From Bigelowiella natans CCMP2755 (taxonomy: Eukaryota; Protista; Cercozoa): a DNA stretch of 64,000 bases. The notes beneath the pieces were generated by a model, which did not search any database, was not told where the DNA came from, and saw only the letters and a program-made list of their open reading frames with translations. A program made the translations under genes and the position numbers. Positions 13,720 through 26,248 of this stretch are shown in pieces. Position 1 is the first letter of the stretch. Each line of letters opens with the position of its first letter. The DNA lies in contig ADNK01003027.1 in NCBI GenBank assembly GCA_000320545.1, positions 3,249-67,248 on the forward strand, written 5' to 3'.

Positions 13720-14860
13720 CTGCCAAGTTTTGAAAGGTGCTTTATGACCAACGCCATGGCATTGCTGACGTCCCGTGCCTATTGCTAGATTGGTACCCTG
13801 ATAGCAAACTCATCTACCATTATCAGATGTCTTCTTCATCTACTGCACGATGAAACCGCAAGCATATTGGCTGCGCTAGTGCTCGACAATGATGCTGCTA
13901 TGCGCTGTTGTCTAGCTGTGCACAGCTAGACTGCTGCCATGCATATCGTGTATGTGCAGATAGCAGCTAGCGGCTCGTTATTGTACGTTGCCACATAGCA
14001 TGCGCGCACACCCGCAGCCGTGTTATGACCATGCGTACCCCACATTTCATTCCTCTGCTGTTCGCGGGCAGCAAAAATTGCAAAAACTGTGCAACGCTGA
14101 AAATTTGCCTACTGACGCCCTACATATACCTGCTGCTACGTATACTGCTAAACTAAATAATTGCTATGCTAGAATGACATGATGAAAATCATGGGCAGGC
14201 ACATCACAGGGTGCATGTATGCGTGGAATGATGAAATTGAATTTGCAGCCAGAAAATTGTGCAAATTTGTTGCAACAAGGGCGCGCTTTACGGCACATCT
14301 ATTTGTAGGCGCAGATGCATGCTGCATATACGTGCCGATTTGATCGACAATAACATTGTGTATGAGACTACGGATGTATGAGACGGATGTGATGAAGAAT
14401 TAAATTTTTTCAATGGTCATCCTGATGTAGCTGTGCAATGCAGCGGCTACAGCGCTAATGTTGCATCTGTTGGTTTCTGCCACAATATAACAATGTGTTT
14501 CATGCATTTGAAAGCGTCCTCATGCGACTACGGATGTATAGATGTGCCTGTATATTCGACTTACTAAGTTGAGCTATATATAGACAAGATGCACATCTAG
14601 ACATGCATGCTAGCATCTAGGCATGGCATGCCATGCTAGCCTAGCAATGCATGGCAGCCAAGCTAGCTCACGTAGCGTACTATGTGTTGGTTCTTGCATT
14701 AAAAGTGAAATGGCTAACACCATATATGTACATGCGATTCACATGCAATATAGCAACATATACAATGCTGACGACACAAAAAAGATCTGCATCAGATTGC
14801 TAATCGTATCGATGGTCCACAATTGTACAGTCAGAGTGCGCATGATGGCGTAGAGAAGCG
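13720..14860. mobile_element. Decayed repeat island containing a copy of the ~75-bp TIR-like motif
   Basis: 14377-14450 is the reverse complement of 2671-2744. Fragments atg(a/c)gactacggatgta occur at ~14362 and ~14522. cacatctagacatgcatgct is shared with ~1656. TG/CA/CTAG-rich composition. Confidence 0.55.
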
Positions 14861-14992
14861 GCGACATGAAAGATGTTTATTTTACATTAGCAACGTATTG
14901 TGCAGAGTTTCATGATGAAGTCATGCACACAGCAGTTAACTATTACTTTTTTCATGTTTTATGTCCTGCACGAACACCCAACACCAGAAAGG

Positions 14993-15723
14993 TTAAGAAG
15001 CAGGTGGATAGGAACTCGAAGGTGGGTAGCCTCCTTGAGCTACTGCTGGTTGCGCCGCACCGTATGGAGAGTATGCTGGGTAACCTCCAGTTGCTGCTGC
15101 TTGTCCTCCTTGAGGTGGGGGGTAAGAAGCTGTTTGTGATGGATAACCTGGATACTGAGGAGGAGCTGTTCCTGTAGTAGTAGCCGTAGTACCAGGGTAT
15201 GGACTATAAGCTGGGGTGGTGACAGCTGCTGCTGCAGCAGCAGAAGGATACGATGATGTAGGGGCTGGTTGCTGGCTGTATGGATGGTAAGAAGGTGCGG
15301 TGGTGTGAGGAGGAGGGTATGCTTGCTGTGGCTGCTGTGTAGGATATGACGATGTCGGAGGAGGGGCATTGTATTGAGGTGGCGGTGCTCCATATCCTCC
15401 TCCTCCTCCTCCTCCTCCTCGTGGGTAGGATGATTGTCCGTATGAATTGTTATATCCATAACCACCACCACCACCACCACCATAGCTTGAATAGGAGTTA
15501 TTCCAAGACGATCTACCGCCATAGCCTCCTCCCCTTCCTCCTATCCCTCCCCCCCCAGTTTGAGATGCTGCCTGGCGAGTTCCCTTTGTATCACGTGCAA
15601 ATTTGACACGAAGGGGTTTCGGAGCACCGGGAATCATATAGCCGTTCATCTTTTCAATGGCCCGCTCTGCAGGGGCTCTCTCGGCGTAGTGCACAAAACC
15701 GACGCCTCTTCCCAAACCCCTAA

Positions 15724-15770
<47 letters not shown>

Positions 15771-16232
15771 AGATGAAATTTTAAAATAAGGAGAGCAACA
15801 AATAATAGAACACAACCCCGTTACTAGTGTAAAGGTGATGTGATGATGCTGGATTCTCCATTCATATGTTGAAACGATGATATATGATGTGATGATGCTG
15901 GATTCTCCCATTCATATGCTGAAACGATGATATATGATGTGATGACGCTGGATTCTCCCATTCATATGTTGAAACGATGATATATGATGGAGAAATGCTG
16001 TTAGTGGCTAGATCAGGTTTATTATTACGTTTTGTTGTCAATCAGAATGCTGCATTCTGCGATGGTTCCAAAGGGTGCAAATAGAGTCTGAAGTTGCTCC
16101 TTCGTGTACTCATAAGGTAATTGTGCGACATAAACATTCTTTTGCATCAGCCTCTCCCCGCCGCCATATTGCGACGATTGTTGGTAATGACCACCTAAGA
16201 GTTGTTGGTGGTGGAGGTGGTGGGTTGGTGTC

Positions 16233-16266
<34 letters not shown>

Positions 16267-16366
16267 TTGTGGCCTTCCTTTTTAATAATAATAAGTAAGT
16301 ACGTTGTACTCCAACATTACTCTCTTCTTCCTATTAAACCACCACCACCACACCATCTTTCGAAGT

Positions 16367-16399
<33 letters not shown>

Positions 16400-17454
16400 C
16401 CATTCAATTAACTAACACACTGTAGTAGCCACGGTCACGGGCATAAACAACGCACATTTGCAAACACATAATACCATATCCTCCTCCGCCGCCACTGTAC
16501 CCTCCCCCTCCAAGTAAGGGGCGACCGTTGTGTCTATCATTCGATCGCAAATCTTCCTTTTTCTTAGCGTGCTCAACGCGCATAGGTATGCCGGTGCGTG
16601 AACCGGGAGCAGACTTGCCATTTAAAGCATTGATAGCTGCATTGGCGGATTCCGCAGCCTCTGTAAAGTAGAAGAAAAATACACAATATGCTAAGTAATC
16701 TACTCACTTAAACCGATTAGGGTGGTGTGGGTGGATGGGGAAAGATACCGAAATGGACAAAACCAACGCCCCTGCTTTTGCCAAAATTTCTTAGAATCTG
16801 CACGCTAATGCCGTGCAAAAAATTGGGTTGGGACGGAAGAAATCGAACGAGCCGGAGAACATAGGAAACCGAAACACATAAAATTAAAAAATCAATGAAA
16901 ATTAATATAAACCAGGTATTACGAATCGAAGTTGTGGTAAAATCATGGGTTCATAAAGCGGATATAAGAGCATGCACATACCGAGTGATTTTCCCATATG
17001 GGTTAAAAAGTGCTTGCAAATTTTCTTCCTCGTATTCCTCAGGAATGTGGCAGACGTAGAGATTCAACATCCCCTCAGAAGTTGATGATGAGGGCGCGGA
17101 ATTGCCATTGGGTTCAGGTTGCTGCTGTTGGACTTTCGATTCTACTACAGGTTTTGTCTCCTGATCTTCTAGTGACGGTGCTGGAGCGGGAGCGGGGGCT
17201 ACATCAGCAGTTGCCTCTTCTTTGAGGTCTTGCACAATTATCTTTTCCTTCACCTCAGTTTTTTGGCGTTTGGCCGGTTGAGCAGGCTCATTTTCAGTTG
17301 ATGGGGGCACTGCAGAAGCTGAGCTATCATCGACACTACCAATATCCCGTTTTACACCGGCTGTTGTTTCCTCCTTTACGTCTCCTTTTTTCTCCTCCTC
17401 CTTTCCCAATGTGGCTTCCGTGTCAGCAGGCTTTTGCACATTTTCCTCAGTCAT
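14993..17454 (-). CDS. Two-RRM RNA-binding protein (ELAV/Sxl-like RRMs) with G/Y/P/Q low-complexity C-terminus
   Basis: ATG at 17454 (MTEENVQK). RRM1: RNP2 NLYVCHIP, RNP1 KSRGVGFVHF. RRM2 includes GRGVGFVHYAERAPAERAIEKMNG...KPLRVKFA. Prion-like tail to the stop at 14993. Confidence 0.85.
15837..15989. repeat. Intronic tandem repeat, 3 x 50 bp
   Basis: Unit gatgtgatgatgctggattctcccattcatatgttgaaacgatgatatat at 15837, 15886, 15936. Confidence 0.95.
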
Positions 17455-17975
17455 TTTCTCTCTTTCTCTCAACCTGAAATCACGGACAATAATTTGTTGT
17501 ATGCGTTCTTCTGAAGTAGGAAGATTAAGAGGAATAAGGAATCGAAGGAACACACCAACAGACGATGTTCCTTCAAGAGATTACCTTCGGGTGGAACAGG
17601 GGGAAGCGCACTCAGGCAGGTTTCAGATTAAATTCACAATTGGCGAAGAAATTTCAAATCTAATCCACCCCAGTTAGCATTTTTGTCACCTATCTGGAAA
17701 TGTCGTATAATTTAATTTCCATGTATTTACATGATCCATGAAAATTCCGTGTCCGCACTTGGTATGGAATTCTGCGCACTAATCAAAAGTGGAAAACTGC
17801 GCTCAAGTTGTGGTCATGTCACATGTGCGACTTGAGGAACAACGCACAATTCCTAGATTCTAAATTCTTAGAACTGCATCTGAATTACGACTTAAAATCG
17901 AAGTCGCCCCCAATCATTGAATGCTTTTTTAAGAAACTGTTCTTAGTTTCTTCAATTTCTTCGAGAACGTCTTGA

Positions 17976-18140
17976 TTCTGCTCAATTCCAGACTCCTCCA
18001 AAACCAAAATTCTGCTGGGGGCCCCCTCAGATGATCCAATCGTAGATCGTCATGTGGACATGGCCTTCAGGAAGTTTTTGCTCAGAGTGGAGGTCTTGCG
18101 CCGTCAGAACTTTGCTGCTAATGTCATTGCTTCTCAATGA
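17976..18140 (+). mobile_element. Remnant of non-LTR retrotransposon ORF2 C-terminus (copy 1)
   Basis: Translates FCSIPDSSKTKILLGAPSDDPIVDRHVDMAFRKFLLRVEVLRR, clearly homologous to the opposite-strand copy at ~18500-18620 (DSVKTRAPLGAPSDDPIADHRVDTAFRR). The LINE assignment is inferred. Confidence 0.5.
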
Positions 18141-18261
18141 CCAAGTCATGCCATTTTGGCAAACCAGCTAGTTGATTTGCTGGTCACAGTCCTCACTGAA
18201 ACCAGTTCGAGGCACTGCATTTTGCACGCTGCAAGTGTCTTGCAACACTTTGGAAATGTAG

Positions 18262-19090
18262 TTTTTCATCATTGTTTCATTGTTTCATTGTTTCCATGAT
18301 CTGAATTGCTTCTGTTGCACGTTCACTGAGAGCCGTCCTGTCCGATCAACATGGAGCTCCAGACGCCTGAAAGTCCAAAGTTTCTCAAGGGTGGGCAGTG
18401 GGTGGGGGGAGAGGGCACCTGCTGCCATTCTTGGCCCTGGCGAACAGGAATCATGAAGCAATGTGACTGACTTTGACACGACGGCGACGCAACGTGTGAA
18501 CTCCAATGATGAGCGAGTCTCCTGAAGGCTGTGTCGACACGATGGTCTGCGATCGGGTCGTCCGAAGGAGCACCCAGGGGTGCTCTGGTTTTTACGGAGT
18601 CGGAACCATGGAAGAAACTTTGGTGGGCAAGTGAGGCAGGTGCCAGAGCCACACTCACATTCCAGCATTGGCGGAGAGGACCAGAGGAGTCCGTCATTCC
18701 TCGCATCGACCGAGTGGGATGATGAATCATGAACAAAGCATTGATGCAAAAACCACACGAGCAAGAACCACATGGGAGACATGCACGAACGTGTTGTTCT
18801 GGTGTTGTTGGGAGGGTCATTGCACACACGGAGACAATTGCATGCACACACCAGAGATCTGGAGATGGGTGTGCCAGCTGTCACACACAATGTCTCTTTG
18901 TTGCAGACCATGGACACTGTGCAGGTGATGCACATGACACGTGTGAGTGTCACATGTGCCACATCTATGTCCATCTACACGTCGTGCCTTTTGTCCACAC
19001 ATGTCGACCATGTGCACTGCGTGTGTCCATTGTGCAGCTGCTGCAGCATGTGACTGGTGTTCACACACTTTCCCGTCTGCAGTCTAGACG
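18262..19090 (-). mobile_element. Remnant 3' end of a non-LTR retrotransposon (copy 2) with decayed zinc knuckle and A-rich tail
   Basis: Frameshifted C..C-NDPP / TTPEQH...C resembles the ORF2 CCHC knuckle. It is followed by the LGAPSDDP segment and then (aaacaatg)3 at 18262-18293, a tail-like repeat. Nearly devoid of TpA. Confidence 0.55.
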
Positions 19091-19164
19091 ATTTTGACAA
19101 AAATTGCTACTATGCTACATTGTTGTAGTTTCTCATGCATTCCATGATTTTCCTTAGTTGAAAC

Positions 19165-19773
19165 TTAGTCAAGACATCGGATGTACTCTCTTGGTTTATT
19201 CCATTGTGTTGTTGCTAGATGCGAAATGTCATAGTTGAACCGATGATTCCTCATGCGAGGCCGAGAAACAACTACTGCAGGATCAGAGTCCTTTTTTTGT
19301 TTCTTCTCTTTTTGTTGTGTCCTCGCCGTTTGAACATGTTTTCTTCTTTTCGTTTGAAGTGCAAAAGTTTCGACAATTTTGCAGGCAGATGTGTAGTTTT
19401 CATTTTCATTGGCGTGAGATTTGTGATTGTTGCTGGGTCTTGAATACTTGTTACGAAGAAGGCGGGTATTATCTACTCCAGTCTTATGAGAGGTCATAAT
19501 ATCGTCGTCGTTGCCACTGTTCATTCTCTTGTTTTTTCTGTGCTTCTTCCTCATCAGTATCATCCTGCTTTTGCTGCTGCTACTGCTGCTAATAACACCA
19601 CTATTTTGGTCCTCCTCCTCCTCCTCCGCCTTTATTTCCTACGAAATAATACACCAAAGAGGCACCGTGAACAACTGTTTTCATACTAACTCTGTACTAA
19701 CTCTATATATACCACCTGTAACTAAATACTTCCTCCTCTTCATAATATATTTACTACCATACCTTAATGACAG

Positions 19774-19805
<32 letters not shown>

Positions 19806-20579
19806 CCATCCTGCTTCTCGGTGTCCACTTTGTCTTGAGCGTTGTTATTTGAACCCAGCTGCACCCGTCGCCGTCGTCGCCTTCTCTTCCTCCTCTTCCG
19901 ATGTTTTCTCCTCCTCCCCTGGATCTGTTGATCGGTACAATGTATTTTCTCCTCTTCCTTCTCTTTGTCGCCCTCCATGGCATGATCATGGTAATTATGA
20001 TGATGATGATGATGATGATGATGATAACGGTGCTTCCAGCGTCGAATATCTGCACGATGCGCCTCAGTATGGCGTCGCACGTAATATTCATCACTGGTAT
20101 CCTCGGAAGAGGAAGAAGAAGAAGAGGAGGATGACGGTGATAATGGTGAGCGGTAATAGTCTCTTCCTTTATATTTTCCATTATTATTCATGGTCAATGG
20201 GGAGAACGAAGAAGAAGAATGAGGGACCTGAAAGGTGTTATGTACAAGAACAGCTTTGAATAAATTAGTATCCACAACTTACTTAATACTCTCTTGTCGT
20301 TTTGTATATTGCTATTATTTTTGATTGATTGATTGATTGACCTTCTTAGATCCAGGAGTGTGTATGAATTGATCCGGCAGCCAATCTTTCATGATTTGAG
20401 CTACACTTTCAGGGTCAATTGTAGTAGAAGATGATAATGGTGATAATGATGATGTTCTCTTATGCTGCTGCTGCTTTTGCCCTGCATTTAGCTGTGCTTC
20501 ATCCCTAACAATAGTAGATAATAAAAAAAAGCAAAATACTAAAAAAAACAACTAATCTATTTCCCCCCTTCTCTCTCTG

Positions 20580-20626
<47 letters not shown>

Positions 20627-21564
20627 CTAATGTCAGCATGCCACTACTTCTTCACACAGCAGCAGCTAGCTACACTTGTCGATAGTCGTCGATAAGAGTC
20701 TTGTTGGCAATAATGGATGATCATGATTTGTTCTCTCTCAGTCTCTGTATTTCGTCGTTTGTCGTCATCATCTTCCGTCCTATCGTTATTTTAAACAGCT
20801 AACAAATACTACCTTGATGTTGTTCTTCTCAGTAAAGTCTCTGCCTCCTCCGTTGAGTATACACGCAGCATAACATTATGGTTTGTACTAGTATCGTGAT
20901 CATCAAACGTAAGAACAAGGTTTCCTTGTCTTGTTCCCAACACCTCCCCAGCTCCAGAGAACCTGTAATAGTAGTAGTAGTAGTAGTAGTAGTAGTAGGT
21001 TATCATCAATCATGGTCATCATGATGATAATCAGGATGATATTTTATATATCATACTAGTAGCTTAAGTACGCAGCACCAGCAAGTTGTAGTAAGTAGTA
21101 GTAGTAGTAGTAGTAATAGTAGTAGTAGTGTAGTGGTAGTGGTAGTGGTAGCAACGTAGCTTTCTCATTACCACATATATGACTGACAACAACTACAACA
21201 ACTACAATACCTATCCAACAGTCGATCGCCTGTTTTGAGCCCCCAATCAAGACGTAGCGGATCGGTCATCATCATCATCGATGTTTGTGTAGATTTTGTT
21301 GTTGTTGCTGCTGTATAACCACAAGTACTGCTACTGCTACTACGGGTACTAGCACCCGCTGCTGCTTTGGTAGTATTACCACTACTATTGTTACTACTAC
21401 TGCTCAATGTGGTAGTAGCACCATCTATTTGATCTATCTTTCCTTTCAGCAGTAGCTGCTGATAGTAGTGGTAGTAACGATGTGGATCATGATGATGATG
21501 ATGATGATGACGATGATGCAAATCACCTTGACCACGCCTTTTTCTTTGTCTTCGTCTTTGTAAC

Positions 21565-21603
<39 letters not shown>

Positions 21604-21987
21604 TCCCCTTCTTCTTCTTTCTCCTCCTCTTCCCTTCTTTGATAAGTAACTTCTGCATTATTATTACCATCCTCGTTGTATAGTTTTGGTCCTCCTAGAG
21701 TTGTATTGCTATCATTCTTTTTCTTCTTTTTCTTCTTCTTGCTGTTGTTCTTCTTAGATTCTCCTCCTCTCCCGAACGAAGAAAGAGCAGGAGGACGATA
21801 AAGAGGTATTGGAAGTCCCACAACAGGCTCAGGGGGTGGGGGAGGAAATGGGCAATACTTCAATAATCTTAATGTAGGTTTTGCATAAATTGTACAATGG
21901 AGCAAATCTTTGAGGGTTCTCCTTGAATTCAATCCACTCATCCCAGCTCCTTGACCAGCCCAAGAAATGCATCTGGTTTATATTATA

Positions 21988-22034
<47 letters not shown>

Positions 22035-23447
22035 CATTTTGGTTCTTGAATTAGTAATTAAGAGTAAGGTGATGATAATGATGATGATGGTGATGGTGAT
22101 GTTGATGAGTTCTACCCATCAGTGATTCTTTTATCTCTGTGGCATACATTATTATTATGCACTCTTATATTGACCATACCACAACTTACGACTACTTCAT
22201 CCGTAATTTTATTCTTATTATTATTCTGCTTATTTTTCTCGTTCTTCTTCCCGTAATATTCTGTCTTCTTCTTCTTCTTTAAATATATGCAATAATGTGT
22301 AGTAGTAGTAGTAGTAGTATTAGACCCGTTTAATACTTACTTACTTACTTACTTACTTACACACTCCTCTCTCAAGACTAATACTACTAGAATAATCCCT
22401 CTCTTCCTGCTGCCCCTCTCCCTACTCCTCCTCCTCCTTCAAGTATTACTAGTAGTTAGTATACTGAGTAGTCACCACCTGTAACAGATTTGGGTTATCT
22501 TGGTCAACTCCATCGACAACAGCTGGATGCCATTCCCCATTCCAATCACGGCAATCACATCGATCTCCTTTGGCTAATATACCACCACCACCACTACTAC
22601 TACTACTACTACTCCTACTCCTACTGCTATTAGCAGCACCAGCCTTTGCTACCGCTGTTGTTGCTGCTGCTGATGATAATGATGCTAAATCTTTCTGCCT
22701 TTCCAATGATGAAGATCTTGAATCACTCTGGTTATCTTCCAATAACTCGATGCTATATAGATTAGATTACGATGATGATGATGATGATGATGATAATGAG
22801 AATGATTAGAATGATAAAATGATAAGAAAAGGAGAAGAAGAATAGATTTTGACGTTGTTGTGGTTTGCATTTGTTAATAAAAACAGAAACTACAATCATA
22901 AGAATGATCATCATGAATGATGACACGTGTACAGCAGCAGCAGCAGCTCGTTGATTACTGATTACACAAGCCTCCTCCTCCTCCTCCTCCTCCTCCTCCT
23001 CCTACTACTACTACTACTACTACAGCAGCTCGTTGACTACTGATTCACAGTGTCTACTACTACTACTACTACTACTACTACCTACTCTATCAACCTCCAA
23101 ACCTACTACCTATTTGCCTACTACCTGTTTTTGGGATCTGGAAAGATTTCATATGAAGATTCTCCGTCATCGTACTTGATAAGCAACCTCCAAATCTTTG
23201 GATTTGAACACAACATTCCTTGTAAAGCTACCCAGCCTCCATACCTTACTCCGTTATCGAATTTCACCACAACTCTCATCTCCACACGTGGAATCATGAT
23301 GATGGGGGGGACTGCGATATTAGTTGCTGCTACTGTGCTGTCCTTAATCATGTTATCTTGTTCTTCTTTGGCTTTTTCCCCTTTCTTTTTTTCCTCCTAT
23401 TTTGCTCCTGCTGCTGTTTTTTCTGTGTCTTTCTACTTCTATTCGTG

Positions 23448-23482
<35 letters not shown>

Positions 23483-23882
23483 GTTATTATCCTTTTTTGA
23501 TGAGAGTGTGGCGCCACCAGCAGCAGCAGCAGCATCAATTGAGTATTTGTCGTCATTGTCATCATCTTTGTCGTTTGGCATCATCATCATAGTAACGGAA
23601 GAAGAAGAACTCTTTGAACGATGACGATGACGACTACGAGCTCCAGACGCTGCTATAGCTTCAATCTTACTTCTTTCTATAGCTACTTTCAACCAATACG
23701 CATCAGCCTGCTCATCGTGTAGCGTTTGTGGGGCTCTCCTCACGCGTTTTGGATATGATGGTTTCTTCTTAAACAATGATGGTGACGATTTATCTCCTAC
23801 TACTTCTCCTCCTCCTCCTCCTCCTCCTTTGAGACTACTACTATCAGCAGCACTACCTCTACAATCGCTACTACTACCATCG

Positions 23883-23913
<31 letters not shown>

Positions 23914-25932
23914 CACAGTTGTTGCTACTTTTTGGTAGACGTCTACAACTACTAGTATCATCCTTCACACCTACTACTACTACCACTAGTTTGTCATCAT
24001 CAGCAGCAGCAACAGTAGTATTTATGCTAGTAGCACTACTACAAACAACTGAAGAATATTGTTGTTGGGAACCATGAAGAGGAGGAGGCGAAGGACGATG
24101 ACTACAGCGAAGAGATGATTCAACTCCATCGTCCTGTGAATCATCATCATCATCTTCTTCTTCATCATCATCATCATCATCACAAAGTAACAGAGTGCTG
24201 TTGATTTTGCTGGTAATGTTGTTGGTTTTGCTCCTTTTGGTAGTGCCTAGTACTACAGCTCCTCTCCCTGTCTTATTTTCTTGTTTCTCAACTTTTTCGT
24301 CGTTATTATCATTGCCGTTATTTGAGCAGCTGCTCTCTGGCATTCCATAGTCTTCTTCTTCTTCTTCTTCTTCTTCTTCTTCTTCCCCATAGGATAATGT
24401 TGTTGATGGTGGTGGTGGAGAAGGAGGTGATGACAACGACGTTGGAGATGAAGATGGGGAAGAAGATGATGGGGAAGAGGAGGAATGTCTTTGCTGCTCC
24501 TTCTCTGGGTAATGATTCTTCTTTGCATCTCTATTTCTGTTCTTGTTATCTAGGGTTTTTTTCCAAGATGATGATCATCACCAACTTGCTGTACATCCTC
24601 GTGGTCATCCCATTCTCTCCTTCCGCCCCTCCTTTCCCCCCTCTTCCCCTCCACCATCAACAACCGTTGATTTGACGTGACTGCGGACCTCGAATATAGA
24701 CGTTTCAATCTTGTTTTACAGTGTGCGGTTGAACGAACACCTCGGGGAGCTGGTACTACCCCCAAAGCTTTCAGATGATCTTCATGCATCTTTGCTTCAA
24801 GATCATGATACTTTTCTTTCAACTCCTCTCTAGTCATTACTCGTGTTTTTTTCAGGGTTGTTTGAGGAATTAATGACTGGCAAAAGTAGTCAGGAAACAA
24901 CGAATAAGAAGAAGAAGAATTCAAGTCGTAACACCTCATAAAACTACTTTTTCCTCTATCACGAAGTAGACGATGATGACGGTGGTTATCCTGAGTATCA
25001 TCACATGATGATGTGTTTGATTTGAGGAGGGTGCTGTTAGCACCAGAACAACCCATTAGTACCAAGTTGGGGTCAGCATCATCATCGTAGTGAATACTTT
25101 CATCATTCTTTCCTTTTTCATGATAGCTGTAATGGTGATAACAAACACTGCTGTGATCAACATCCTCGGAATAGAGAATGTTATTTCTTGAATTAAGTGT
25201 TGTGTTCGACGACAACGACGATGACGACGACAACGTCATATTGTGGGACACAGTCATCGATCCAGTTGATGAAGAAGAAGAAGACAAGTGACGTGAAGAG
25301 GAGAGCCTGTTGTTGATGTTGTTATGTATGGCAGCCATTCGCAGTCTCAGATCATTCTTTTCATGACCTAAACAATAGCAGCAGCGCCAGCAACAACTGC
25401 ATTCAAATACAATATTCCTGGTAAGATATATCTCAAGAGCAGTATTCTATTATGAGCAAAACCTACTACTACTAGTACTACTACTACCATTCGACGCTTC
25501 GTGTTGTTGCCTTTTGCATACGACGATTCAATCAATTCTACTCGCATTCTTGGAAAATAGTGTCGCATTAGCTCTCTATACTTTATCCTCAGTCTGCGTG
25601 CAAGAGATGTAATCTTGGAGCTTAGACCATTGTATTCAGCACAATTAGACACCAACAACTGAAAGTCGGCAGCGAATATTCGTACGTCCTTATGATACAC
25701 GTTGCCTTGTTTAAGTCGTTTCTGTGGTATGTATGCAGGAATAATGGGAAGAATGTATAGCCAATATTCATGATAGTAATAATCATTTTAAGAACCAAAA
25801 GAACAAAGATGACAACGGATGAAGATTCACATCCGTTGTTTATGTGTGTGTGTGTGTGTGTGTAAAACAACAACTACTTCATAAAACTGCTCTGCTGCAC
25901 TGTGTTTAATGTTCTGCTGAATCTACCACCCC

Positions 25933-25968
<36 letters not shown>

Positions 25969-26216
25969 ATACCACATACTACATACTACTACATACTAGT
26001 ATTACTACTACCCTCATTGTGAGGAGGTCCACAGGATGTTCAATACGTTCATGGTAATCTGGGGCGATTTGAGGGTCAACAGGCTCACGAAACGGCCAGG
26101 CACATGGCATTCGTCGAAGTTCCCATAATATGCGCTCAAGCCTTGACTCTGTTGTTGGCTTTTTCTTATTAACCTTAGGCTCCTATCAAAATCACCATTA
26201 TCATGTATCTGGTAAA

Positions 26217-26248
<32 letters not shown>

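Noticed and set aside
14388-14428. C/D box snoRNA (TGATGA...CTGA)
   Set aside because: Too short, and the boxes are absent from the other family copies (taatga, cctaat/ccttat); they appear to be products of TA->TG changes.
15837-15989. Intronic snoRNA cluster
   Set aside because: The box-like words are antisense to the host gene and CTGA occurs in only one unit; a simple tandem repeat.
18285-19097. Long overlapping ORFs as real genes
   Set aside because: Explained by loss of TAA/TAG stops in TpA-depleted DNA; C/H-rich, almost Y-free, open on both strands.
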